NCBI GenBank assembly: GCA_037447605.1
Contig: CM074805.1
Span: forward strand, 868,001 to 932,000
DNA length: 64,000 nt
DNA from: Zygnema circumcarinatum SAG 698-1b
Lineage: Eukaryota > Plantae > Zygnematophyceae
Reading direction: 5' to 3'
Position 1 is the first letter of the stretch. Each line of letters starts with the position of its first letter. Below the pieces are notes generated by a model. That model searched no databases. It was given only the letters and a program-made list of their open reading frames with translations, and was not told the origin of the DNA. Below are positions 24,010 through 36,298 of the stretch, in pieces. Position numbers and translations under genes: made by a program.

Positions 24010-25560
24010 GCAGAATGCAGAATGCAGAATGCAGAATGCAGAATGCAGAATGCAGAATGCAGCATGCAGAATGCAGAATGCAAAATGCAGAATGCAGAAT
24101 GCAGAATGCAGAATGCAAAATGCAGAATGCAGAATGCAGAATGCAGAATGCAGAATGCAGAATGCAGAATGCAGAATGCAGAATGCAGAATGCAGAATGC
24201 AGAATGCAGAATGCAGAATGCAGAATGCAGAATGCAGAATGCAGAATGCAGAATGAATGCAGAATGCAGAATGCAGAATGCAGAATGCAGAATGCAGAAT
24301 GCAGAATGCAGAATGCAGAATGCAGAATGCAGAATGCAGAATGCAGAATGCAGAATGCAGAATGCAGAATGCAGAATGCAGAATGCAGAATGCAGAATGC
24401 AGAATGCAGAATGCAGAATGCAGAATGCAGAATGCAGAATGCAGAAAGTAGAAAGCCAAAAGCATACCTTGGCTTTATAGGCATGTCGCGTCTTTGTTCC
24501 TCTTCATCTTCGATTGTCGTTTCCGCTGCAAATATTGTCCTTTCAAGCTCTTCATCTCCTATAATACATCTATTCTTCTTCACTAGATAAGAGGCATCAT
24601 CAAATACGCTCCACGCTTCGTCTTCTGGACTCAACCCTAGATGATGAGGATAGAGATGAGGAATTCTTGGATCCATTTCTGCAATAGAAGAAAGAGGTAA
24701 GTAAACCACGCTGCATAAATGGATGGATAGAAAAAAAGATGGAGAATGCAGAATGCAAAATGCTGAATGCTGAATGCTGAATGCTGAATGCAGAATGCAG
24801 AATGCAGAATGCAGAATGCAGAATGCAGAATGCAGAAAGCAGAATGCAGAATGCAGAATGCAGAATGCAGAATGCAGAATGCAGAATGCAGAATGCAGAG
24901 CAGAAGCAGAATGCAGAATGCAGAATGCAGAATAGAATACAGAATGCAGAATGCAGAATGCAGAATGCAGAATGCAGAATGCAGAATGCAGAATGCAGAA
25001 TGCAGAATGCAGAATACAGAATGCAGAATGCAGAATGCAGAATCCAGAAAGCAAAATGCAGAATGCAGAATGCAGAATGCAAGATGCAGAATGCAGAATG
25101 CAGAATGCAAAAAGCAGAAAGCAGAAAGCAGAATGCAGAAAGCAAAAGCAAAAAGCAGAAAGTAGAAAGCAAAAAGCAGAAAGCACAGAGCAGAAAGCAG
25201 AAAGTGAAAAGCAGAAAGCCAATAGCATACCTTGGCTTTATAGGCATGTCGCGTCTTTGTTCCTCTTCATCTTCAATTGTCGTTTCCGCTGCAAATATTG
25301 TCCTTTTAAGCTCTTCATCTCCTATAATACATCCATTCTTCTTCACTAGATAAGAGGCATCATCAAATACGCTCCACGCTTCGTCTTCTGGACTCAACCC
25401 TAGATGATGAGGATAGAGATGAGGAATTCTTGGATCCATTTCTGCAATAGAAGAAAGAGGTAAGTAAACCACGCTGCATAAATGGATGGATAGAAAAAAA
25501 GATGGAGAATGCAGAATGCAGAATGCAGAATGCTGAAAGCAGAATGCAGAATGCAGAAAG
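24010..25560. repeat. (GAATGCA)n 7-mer satellite blocks filling Crypton introns, interrupted by two copies of an about 300-bp exon-containing module
   Basis: Three heptamer blocks (about 24010-24450, 24745-25210, 25505-25560). Near-identical modules at about 24451-24755 and 25213-25515. Confidence 0.97.
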
Positions 25561-25800
25561 ATGGATAGAGGCGTACCTGCAACACATGCGGTGGTAATGT
25601 GTAAGGGGGCGCGGCCGCCACACACCGCTCTCCGCAAGCAAGCAGGGCCTCCCTCGCTCGCTCGGGCTGTGTAGCAAACACGCCTCCAGCAGAGATCGAA
25701 CTCTAGACCTACCGGTACCAGGACACGATGTTCAATTTCAATGGGCGGTGGGCAAGCGGCGGCGAGCACACCCGAAGTTCAATTTCAGTGGTTTTAAATG

Positions 25801-25878
25801 ACGTGGCGCCGACGTGGATGGACATGTAGACGTGGAATCGACGTGGCAGACGTGGCGCCACCGTGGCATCTACGTGGC
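25801..25878. repeat. Second ACGTGG array, mostly 11-bp spacing
   Basis: ACGTGG at 25801, 25812, 25830, 25841, 25850 and 25872, plus CCGTGG at 25861. Confidence 0.75.
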
Positions 25879-26332
25879 AATCGGCACCGCGGTGACCGCG
25901 CGCTCGGCCGGCGTCGAACGCTCGGGCGCTGCGCCGTACCTGGGAGGACGCTGCAGGGCGGGTGGGCGGCCGGGGGGCGGGGAGCTGCAGCAATTCCGAT
26001 CGTGGCGATCGACGGTGGGGAGGGGGGGAGCCTCGCTGCAGCCGGTGCACAGAATGGCCTTGCCATCGTGAGTTCAATCAAACATCTTTCCTTCATCTGC
26101 ACAACGACATCCTACGTGGACCGTAACGAGCTCGTTAATACGGGCTGATGCCCTCAGAGAGGGCCAGCAGCAGAAGATGTGATGTTTGTCCTCATGTTGT
26201 ATGTGCTGTTCTGCTGCCGTGCTCTCACTCGACCTGCTCATTACAGCTGTCGCTGGATCATTTTGAAGTTCAATAGCGTATGCTTCCCTCCTTTCTGAAA
26301 GTTTCAGCCGCCATCAGACGAAGACAGCAGCC

Positions 26333-29300
26333 ATGCCTTATGTGCCGCCGCACAAGCGCTTAGGAACAAGCGCAGAGCCAGCGGCTCCTCCATCTGACAA
26401 GGCGCCTCCGCAAAGGCTTAATTCGAAAAGGTTAAAGGTGTGGGGACCTTCTCACAGGTTCAACAGTATCATCGTGCCGTGGAATGACTGTGCTGATGAG
26501 CCCCTCCTGATGCAGCTGGTGCCGACTGCAGTCCCGCAACCTTACGCGCACCTGCACGACAAGAAGCTCTATCGGGCGAAGCGTCTGCTTCAGCATGGTG
26601 AGGACGGCATTCTGTAACTGCCTTTTGACGTGAAGAGTGTCCGCTTAGATTTGACTGATTATGCGTAACATGGTGAAAGCAAACAAATATGATAGGGATA
26701 GGACCAAGAGACATGTGTTCGTGGGAAATGTGTTGATGGAACAGTACAGGAGTGGGAGGTCTTTCCTCCCTACAGACTCTTTCCTTAATGCGTTATGAGC
26801 ATTCATACAAAGTTTCTCGTTTGCGAACGAGGGCTAATACATGCGTTTCTCTGCAGACCATTCTTTGCCTCCTAACAGTGCTCGGTCTGAAGACGAAGCT
26901 CCTTCGGAAAGCAATGGAAGCCTATCGTTGGCTCCGGTAGCAATGGAGGAGCACTTGCAAATGTTAGAGATAGGTGCGAGAAATGACGACACTTGCAGTG
27001 GAATCACATCAAATCACAAATCAGTTACGCCTCGCGCAATTGCGGAGAGAATCAGTCTCATTCTGATGGAGGCTCTGGAAAGCCAACAATCTCAGATGAT
27101 GCGTGTAGGGCCCAATATAGATCGCCGTGTAAAGCTGACGCTGCGTTTTTCCAAATTCCTTCTGTATTCACGCTTAAGCAATACGTGAGCCAATGTTTAC
27201 TCACTCTCTCTGCGCTGCCAGAGCATGTGAAGTAGTTAGAACGAATTGGTGGAAATTAATTTTTAGACTTTTAGTACTATCAGGAGCGTGTATATATTGC
27301 ATGTTGTACAATCCTATTTGCAAGTTTATGTGCTATCACAATCTGAAAAGTCTAAAGGAGGTCAGGTAACTCCCTTTCAGTCTTGTACTTTCATTATTTT
27401 TATTTCTCTTTGTTTACTCTTACTGTTTTCTTCGGCACAGACTTAATTTGACGAACGTGAATCCCATCGCTGGGACTTTACTGGAGCATGATCTGTGCCA
27501 GCTTCGAGGTTCAATACGCAAGTGTGTCGAAACCGACATAGAGCCTGCCACATATAGTGAGTTGAAAAAGATCGTATCTGCACAAGCTGCTGTTCAATGG
27601 AAGAAACCTTCGAGATTTCTGATTGTGGTAAGCTATGTCTCAACTTTAAGCGCGCATCGCATTCAGAAACTTTTTCAAAAAAACCCATGGGTTTAAACCT
27701 ATGAGGTTCAATTGTATGCTGTTGTTGACTACAAACTTGGCATGGTTCTTCTACAACTATGCATATCTGCAATAGATAGTTTTAGCCCACATTCAGAAAC
27801 AGACTTTCTTTCAAGTATTGAGCAGCTAAGAGATTTTGCAATTTTTTTAGCTGACTTTTGCAAGGCAGCATGCACCAATGCATGAATCAGGAAGGCACCG
27901 TTCACCAATTCATGAATGTAAGCCATGCCCCAGTCCAGGACTGTGCAGCTCATGGATTCGACTTAGGGAAGCATGCTGTTTGCTCTTTGGGACTACAAGT
28001 TTTGACGTGCTATTTGTGACATTTCTGCACTGTAGGTGAGTGTTGATGGCCTCCTCGAAGCTGCCTTACGTGTAAAATGTGTTGCAACTTCTGAAGGGAA
28101 TTCACAGCTGAGAATCCACAAGGTGAAGTCTTCTTGTCGGGAGACATGCTTTCGCGGACACACTGCTTATGGGTTGTTTACATGATACGGTCATGTTCGC
28201 ATATTTCTGAATCAAGACTTTCAGTTCGAGAATTTAAACTCACCAGATTGAATTGCTCATGTGTCGACTCCCTGAAGCAACAGTGAGACGAGTATTGTCC
28301 TTATCATTGGAGCTTACTAAGAGGAGTAGGGGGGAAGTAGCACGTTTAATGCCTTAAACTCCCTTCAATGCGGTCACCTGAAGGGTGTTCTATGCTGTGC
28401 CTTGTGCTGCAGATCAAGCGACATCTGGTCAGAGAGACGGACGTTGACTTGATGCTGATTGGCCGAAAAGTTGACTTGCGAATTTCGCTGTGTGCAGAAA
28501 ATCGAATCCTCGACCTTGAGGTATTTCTTTCACAATATTATTTTGCTTTGTATTGCCGCTTGAAGCAGAAATATGGGCCACTGATTACCTGGAAAGCTGC
28601 AATCTATAACGCCATAGTATAATCGTACAATCATAAAGTATATGGTAGTACTGTTTACAGTCCACTTCTAGAAACTCAATATGCGACTTTGGTTCTGTAT
28701 AGTGTTAACATCATGTGTGCCGTTTACCGGCTCATCACTTTTTCTATTCCACCTCTCCTCACCTATTCGCTTCTTTCGTCCCCCTGACTTCTCCACCCCA
28801 CTTTTCCCCGTCCTGACCTCTCCACCCCTCTTTTCCCCTTCCCTCTACTTCCCTTCTTCCCCTATCTTCGCCCCTCCTCCCTCCTCTCTTTTAAAATTGT
28901 TTTGCCTCTTTTCCTCTCCTCCTTTCTCTCGTCTGCCTCTCTTCTTCCTCTCTTGACCCTTCCTCGCAATCCTCGATTCCTCCTACTCCATTTTCCTCAC
29001 CCATTCTAGCCACGTCCTGCTCCGAAGGGCTTTTTGGGCTGTACAAGCCCGCCAAATTCTGCCTAGTTTTGTACAGCGTCATAATGCACAGCATTGAACC
29101 ATTGCCTTTCGGCTGTATGTAGGCAAACCCTATGTGCTGCACGCGGTGGTAGGGTATATATATTCGACATACGGACGCTAGAAAACCTAAAATTTGTTTC
29201 CTATATCGAACTGATGAATGTTTATTTCCAGGACGAGAAGGACGCAATTGATGCAATCGTGGCAGCTGCAGTGATTGATCCCACCGTGAAGGGCGGCCTC

Positions 29301-29823
29301 CGCTGGCCACTCGGAGCTATCAAGTGGCCGAAACCAGAAATGAAGCATAGATTCAACATTGTAAGACTCTGCACTTACTTTGATATCGAACGTTACAAGA
29401 GCGAGCGGTGGGAATGGACGTTTCGAACTACCCGAGGCTATAACTTCATTGTGAATGAGGAGCGGTCTGACATCCGTGAAGTCAAGATGACTGCACAGTC
29501 ATGGCGGCAGAGCCTAAAGCATGTGAGACATTCGACCTTTGTTTGATCTGTTCAGTCTCACAAGTGTTATGAAATTGTTTTTAACTCGAATGGTGTTTGA
29601 GCACAATACCTTCCTTGCTGATATAAATTGTGTTTAACTTGGCTAGATCCGGCCGCCACCCGTTCAAGCTGAGCACGCCGAAGTGGAATCAGATGGCAGC
29701 AAAGTGGAGGCTGGGGAGGAAAGGGTCCCGTCGCCGGCCCCGTTTGATCCGAAGGAATGTGTTGCTGAAATTTTGCCTTTGATGGAGTGGATGAAGAACT
29801 GTCTTCCGCAGTCAACTGATTGA
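26333..29823 (+). CDS. Plant-specific uncharacterised 'YxPPHKR' protein (DUF7903-like), copy A, about 8 exons
   Basis: Starts MPYVPPHKR. Contains LTLRFSKFLL, DVDLMLIGRKVDLRISL and DAIVAAAVIDPTVKGGLRWPLG. Last exon 29647-29823 ends PFDPKECVAEILPLMEWMKNCLPQSTD*. Confidence 0.75.
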
Positions 29824-30953
29824 AAGCCGATTGCGTGAAGCTAAGCAATCCAAGATTCCCATATGATCACAATGTCCTAGTGTACATTTTGTACATAGTC
29901 TGTCATCTGTTCGTCCTTTGTTAGGCGAATGGCCCTAAAATCAAGCAGTCTTACTCGGCTGCCTTCCTAGGGAAGGACATGCTCGTCATGGACTCTTATG
30001 AGCAGCGCCACACGCACCGAACACCCCTCATCCCTTGGGAAGTGAGCCCTTGTCGAGTGTTCTTTTTGGAATGGCATGGGGCCATGGTGCTGCTTGGGCG
30101 GTCTATCATGGCATGATGGGCGATCGTCCAAATGGTTTGCTACAACTTTCCGTGTTCTCCATCAACTTGGTTCAACTCTGTTGGCGGTTCAGAAGTCCCG
30201 GGTTCCGTCCAGCGATCACTTGGTGTTGTAGGAAGAAAATGAAAGAACGGAAACTTTCATTGAAAATGGCATTGATCCTTGATGGCGAGGAGACCATCAA
30301 ATGTGCATGGCCAAAATCATCATAAGGAACCACGAGGAACTGGTCGCAAAGGAACTAAGCACAAAAGAAAAAAGCTAAGAGCGGAGCGGTGTTGTGGTTT
30401 GCACGGTTTGCAGCATGATACTGGTAGAAAAGCTTCTATTGGCTACTTTTTCATTTTAACATTTGTCCTTGTGTCGTGTCTTCCTCTGTTAGTTTTCCGT
30501 TCTTTAGGTTTTTAGTTCTTTACTGTATCCCTTTGCAATTCAATCGATTGTTTGTTTTTCACCTTTTTTTCTCTTTTTCTTTATGGTGTTTCCATTTTAG
30601 GTCTTTTTGTTTTTGAAATCAAAACTTCGCAATAGTGCATAAATGCTTTATAAGAAATAATAATAATGAGAAGGACACACAATTTAAATCACAACTTAGC
30701 ACCTAGAGCCTTTCTCATTCTCCATAATATATTTTTTAGTTGCGGATCTTTGATCACCACCTCGTGACCCTTCAAAAAGTCTGTAACCCTAACCTTAATT
30801 TTGCCCGCAACTTCCCGCTCCGCTTCTGCCTCCCCTCGCGGAAGCGCCAGCAAACCCTAATTCGCCCTCGAGGGCCTGCCTGCCTCCCTCCCTCCCTGCA
30901 CGGTACGCCTCTGGAAGCAGGGCAGGGCCCGCTGTTGCACAGAGGGCTCCGCC

Positions 30954-33918
30954 ATGTCTTACGTTCCGCCGCACAAGCGGCCAGGAAGGCAACTGGAGGG
31001 GGCGGCTTCTGGTGCACTGAGAGTGTCTCTGCGACAGTCGAAATTTCCAGACTTGGTCAATGCGCCTGTGTACCGCCAGAACGTTTTAATAGTGCCATGG
31101 GATGACTGTTCTGTCGAGCCCGTTGAGCTGCAGCTGGTGCCGACGGCGGTTCCGCAACCCTATTTCCATCTGCAGGGCAAGCAGCTCTATCTGGTGAAGC
31201 GCTTGCTTCAGCATGGTGAGGGCGGCATTCAAATCTGGGTTCTGCCATCAAGAGAGTTGTCTGAATTAATTTGATGTTGCGCCGTGTTTCTTTTTCCCTT
31301 TAAAAGAAGTGACACAAGTGAAAATAAACTTCGTTAGAGACAAGACAGGCACAAAAGAGATGAGAGATATGAAGTCACAAAAACGAGGCGACTACTCTCC
31401 TTGTACACTTCCGGTAGACAGAAGACCATTCTTGTCACTCCTTTCATTTTCCGAATGCGACACTGACACTTCTATTCGTCCTCCTCTCTCCAATGCGTCT
31501 CTAGACTCCGGAGCTGCTTGCGAAGGCGCAGACCAGGGAGTCACTCTAGAAGCAGTGGAGCAGCACTTTCAAAAGTTAGAAATAGGTGGGAAGAATGAAG
31601 ACACTTGGAGCGGAATCCCGGCAGTCAAATTGGTGCCGCCTATGGAACGCTTTCCAACTGCGATTGGGGAGCGAATTAGACCCATTCTGATGGAGGCTCT
31701 GGAATGCCTACGATTGCAGATGATGCATGTGGGGCCCAGTAGAGATCGTCGTGCAAAGTTAACGTTGCGATTTGCAAAATTCTTGCTTTTCTCACGCACA
31801 TGCAACACGTGAGCTAATGTTTTTTTGGAATTCGCTCCCCGTTTCTAGAGCATTTCAAAGAAACAGAAAAGAAATGAGGAAGTTTTCCTTTAGAGCTTTG
31901 GCACTAGCCGTGGAATGTGATTCGAAAAGAGTGCAGAAATGCAGGGCTACAGTTTCATTGTTGTTGTTTTGGTTTGCTTCACTTTTCTTTGGCGCAGACT
32001 CGATTTAGAGGGCATAAATCCCATCCTCGCTACCAAATTGGAGCGCCTTTTAGATATTAATAGTAACCGGATATCCAAAAGTGTGGAGACCAATCTGGAG
32101 CCCGCCGTATATAGCAATTTGAATGACATTGCATCAGCACAAGCTACTGTTCGTTGGAACTCGCCTTCGACATACTTGATCATTGTAACTATAGTCTAGC
32201 CTTCACATGTGTCTCCCTTCCCCCCTTTTTCGTACTTTCGGATAGTCATCAGTTAAACGCAAATGCCTTTCTCCGAATCAAGAACAGGTAGTAGATGCAA
32301 CATATGGGCTCAATGCAGGCCTCACTTTTTGGAAGGTGCAGCTTAGATGTAGAGTCCTAGGAATATGTATTGTCCTTTGGCCACATGCATGATGAAGTAT
32401 TGACATCCTGAATGCTGGATTCCATTGCAGGTGAAAGTTGATGACCGCGTCGATACGGGGATCCGTGTGTTTTGTGTCCCAACTTCTGATGAAAGTTCGC
32501 AGCTCCGTATTTATAAGGTCAAGTCTGCTCCTGGATAGTCATGCCTTTGTGCGTGCTCTGCTACGAGGACAGATACTTACAGGAGATGTGATTTGGGCTG
32601 TGACGATGTGGTTCTGAATTGTAGTCCTAAGAGATAAGAAAAAATGCGGAAGATACTGAATAGAATTGCCCAGCGAAAAAGTAAAACTTAGTCAGCTCTC
32701 AATGGCATATATCGAGGGGAAAACTGTGCGTTATTGGTACTTTCAATGTCTCATCGTGCTCCAGAAGGAATGTAACTTGTCCACTGCATGCTGTGTTTGT
32801 TGATAAGTTCAACATGTATCGCTGCTCACTTTAATGACCAAGGTTTGAATTTCAGAATGCTTCTAGAAAGTTTCTGGTCATGCCTGGAATTCTTCAAATA
32901 TTTCAACTCTAACAACGTTTTAAGTGGTATCTCCTGTGCAGATTAAACGTTCTACAGTCAGAGCGACCGATATCGACTTGATGTTGCTTGGCCGGATTGC
33001 CGACTGCCGAATCACACTCTGGGCAGAAAACCATTTGACCGAGTTACAGGTACCATTCATCTTTTTGAACGTCTGTATGAACCAATAATGCCTGAGTTTT
33101 ACGCTATAAAAAGGTGCTAGAAAACCCACAATCCGAGGAAATCGGTGAGGCTGAAAAACCACACCTCTGTTCTGAACATGCTAAATCTTTGTAGTTCTTT
33201 TCTCCAGGGGGAAGAAAAAGAAGCAGTTGACGCTATTGTGAGCGCGGCAGTGATCGATCCGACCGTGAAGGGCGGCCTCCGTTGGCCTTTGGGAGGCACA
33301 AGCTCGCCGTGGCCCAGGACGAGGCTGAAGCAGAGACTCACTGTCTATAGTGTGTCTGTGAGATACAATGTCACACGTTACAAGTGTAAGCAGTGGAAAT
33401 GGACGTTCCAATCTGTGAGGAACTACAATTGGGAGACCACTGAGGAGCGCTTCGTGAAGGAAGCCAAGATGATGCCACTGTTGTGGGGCCAAATGTTGAA
33501 GCAGGTGACTGAGGCAGTGGAGTTCCTATCTTTTTCTGAGTAGTGGACTTCCTTTTCTGTTTGTTGTGTTTTCATCATATTAGGGTTTGTTCCATCAGTT
33601 CGTAATGCTGTGGGTTTCCTGCAAGAAAGCTGCTACTGTCATCTTCACCGATGATTTAAACTGGAAACTGAATCAAACTGTGTGAAAGTAATTTCTTCTT
33701 TGTTTTGACGTGTAATGCTTAGTTGTGTGCGTGTTTCCTTTTGCTGCCAGATCCGGCCCCCGAAGGTTGAAGCCAATCACCCCGAAGGGGAGTCAGATGG
33801 CAGCGGAGTATGTGGGGTGAGTGTCCCCCCGCCTCCCCCCTTTGATCCGGAGGCCATAGTGGGGGGCCTTGCGGCTCTCCTCGACTGGCTCAAGGAATAT
33901 TCCGCTGTCAAAGCATGA
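30954..33918 (+). CDS. Tandem paralog, 'YxPPHKR' protein copy B
   Basis: Starts MSYVPPHKR, with the same exon layout and motifs (LTLRFAKFLL, DAIVSAAVIDPTVKGGLRWPLG, PFDPEAIVGGLAALLDWLKE). Confidence 0.75.
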
Positions 33919-34341
33919 AAACGTGAGCGCCTGAACTTGAGCTTTGCAGCGTTTGCAAAGCCGGGCCTCATACTGTACACTCCTTGCATAGCCGTCATTG
34001 GGTCACTTTCTTCGTGAGCTTAGAAGGCAATTAGCATAGGCGAGCAGCAGCTTGTAATGTACAAAGCAGAAAAGGTCAGATCGTCATCGTCCCTCCATCA
34101 GTGTGGCGAGAGCAGCACCTCCTTTAGACAGCTTACTTGGCTGCCTCCTTCCGGGCGGCATGTTCGTCCATTTGTAACTCATGGGCCATGTGTTGTTGTT
34201 CAACATGCTCTAAGCCGCGCCCTCTCATGCACGCCCTTGCTTCCTCTTGTTGTCGTTTGTGGTGGTCCATCATGCCATGTGGCGACTCATGTGACTCATG
34301 CTCTGTCTCATGGCTCTAAACTTCACTTGCGAGTGTTAAAA

Positions 34342-35397
34342 ATGCCATGGCCATGCCATGCCATGCCCTGCCCTGCCCTGCCCTGCCCTGCCCTGCCCTG
34401 CCCTGCCCTGCCCTGCCCTGCCCTGCCCTGCCTGCCCGCCCGCCCTGCCCTGCCCTGCCCTGCCTGCCCTGCCTGCCTGCCCTGCCTGCCTGCCCTGCCC
34501 TGCCCTGCCCTGCCTGCCCTGCCCTGCCCTGCCCTGCCACGCCCTGCCCTGCCCTGCCCTGCCCTGCCCTGCCCGCCCGCCCTGCCCTGCCTGCCTGCCC
34601 TGCCCTGCCCTGCCTGCCCTGCCCTGCCTGCCCTGCCCTGCCCTGCCCTGCCCTGCCTGCCTGCCCTGCCCTGCCCTGCCCTGCCCTGCCCTGCCTGCCT
34701 GCCTGCCCTGCCCTGCCTGCCCTGCCCTGCCTGCCCTGCCCTGCCCTGCCCTGCTGCCCTGCCTGCCCTGCCCTGCCTGCCTGCCCTGCCCTGCCCTGCC
34801 CTGCCCTGCCCTGCCCTGCCCTGCCCTGCCCTGCCCTGCCCTGCCCTGCCCTGCCCTGCCTGCCCTGCCCTGCCCTGCCCTGCCCTGCCCTGCCCTGCCC
34901 TGCCCTGCCCTGCCCTGCCCTGCCCTGCCCTGCCCTGCCACGCCCTGCCCTGCCCTGCCCTGCCCTGCCCTGCCCTGCCCTGCTCCTGCCCTGCCCTGCC
35001 CTGCCCTGCCCTGCCCTGCCCTGCCCTGCCCTGCCCTGCCCTGCCCTGCCCTGCCTGCCCTGCCCTGCCTGCCCTGCCCTGCCCTGCCTGCCCTGCCCTG
35101 CCCTGCCCTGCCCTGCCCTGCCTGCCCTGCCCTGCCCTGCCTGCCCTGCCTGCCCTGCCCTGCCCTGCCCTGCCCTGCCCTGCCCTGCCCTGCCCTGCCC
35201 TGCCCTGCCCTGCCCTGCCTGCCCTGCCCTGCCCTGCCCTGCCCTGCCCTGCCCTGCCCTGCCCTGCCCTGCCCTGCCCTGCCCTGCCCTGCTCTGCCAT
35301 GTCCTACCATGCCCTACCATGCCATGCCATGCCATGCCATGCCATGCCGTGCCATGCGATGCGATATGATGCCATGCGAGGCCATGCCATGCCATGA
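34342..35397. repeat. (GCCCT)n pentamer satellite (about 0.93 kb core, with GCCT variants) capped at both ends by (GCCAT)n
   Basis: Seen directly. Confidence 0.98.
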
Positions 35398-36298
35398 CAC
35401 GTCACGTCACGTCTCTGGTCCCTGCGCACTGTAGTGAACCTTCATTCCGTCCGTCCGTTCGGCCAGAGGGCGGGGACGGCCGGGCCGGTCTCTGCCGCCT
35501 CGCCGGCACGCCGAGCGGCCCTGCCCGCACCGAAAATGTCTTCGCGCCTGCCCGTTCAGGGGCCAATCCGTTGAACGACTGCCCCGACCGTCCGATGCGC
35601 GCGATTTGGCTCCGGAGGGTTGCCCGCGCGACCGGTCAGAGCAGAAACTTTTTGTTTTATGTCTTCGCTTCCTTCAGGCAGGAAACGAAATGTTTTTTGC
35701 GCCGCGACGTTACGGCGGGAGGCCCCGGGCGGCAGACGGCGCCGCCGCATAAATCCAACGGTGAGATACGGCCCTTGGCCGGCCATTACTCGCCAACTGG
35801 CGCCTTTGTCGGCTATTGCCGGCCACCGACACGGCCCGACTTTGTCGCCTCAGTCCGCTTCTCCCCCGCCGCCTCGTGTACGGCACCGACATTAGCCAGA
35901 CAGGTCAAACCCCGCTCCGACATCGGGCAGACAAAACAAACGCTGCCGACGCAGACCGAGCGGCACGAATTTCCACCGGATCTGACGATTCCTTGTTCGT
36001 ACGCATGTCGTGGGACGTACGGACGACTGCACCGACTATACCAGCTGGCGCCCTCAATCATGTGCGGAGCCCCCTTTGGCCGTACGGACTCCGCCCGGCT
36101 GACACCTCCCCCCTCCGCGGCGGGCGCGCCACGTGGCCCGGCGGCCCTCCCCTCAGCACCTCCCTCCCTCCCTCCCTCCCTCCCTCCCTCCCACCCTCCC
36201 TCCATGGCGGACGCGCGCTCTCCCTCCCTCCCTCGCAACGCTGAGCCCTGAACCCTGAACAGCTGCGCGGCGGCTGCAAGGGCCGGTGGGAGGGCGGC

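Larger units (their letters stand above)
21189..25769 (-). mobile_element. CryptonF-like tyrosine-recombinase DNA transposon gene (NDC10-II recombinase domain + GCR1_C DNA-binding domain), spliced and disabled; element termini not defined
   Basis: Exons about 23880-23466, 23363-22970, 22863-22716, 22375-22261 and 22097-21189 encode ML(*)GDDQRSIRLVDLF, GGKKNSGGAVQYGASFRHSDPEFC..YLFHRF, HIFRG..AGRW..NYL, GFVDMLRYFACVLLQDA and GCR1_C-like TDVLSLWKEFWIVG..PIIELMAFFGVTRW. Nonsense codon at 23729-23731 and a frameshift near 23800. Confidence 0.85.

Noticed and set aside
24010-25560. Repeat-unique-repeat pattern as a CRISPR array
   Set aside because: 7-bp contiguous tandem units, the 'spacers' are near-identical exon duplicates, the context is eukaryotic and no cas genes are present.
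23837-25769. Long ORFs (MQNAECR.. / HSAFCIL..)
   Set aside because: Translations of (GAATGCA)n. Only the short embedded exons look coding.
29950-30515. ORFs between the tandem paralogs
   Set aside because: No motif, codon bias or splice support.
34057-35434. Long ORFs (PCPAL.. / GQGRA..) of 324-446 aa
   Set aside because: Translations of the stop-free (GCCCT)n satellite.
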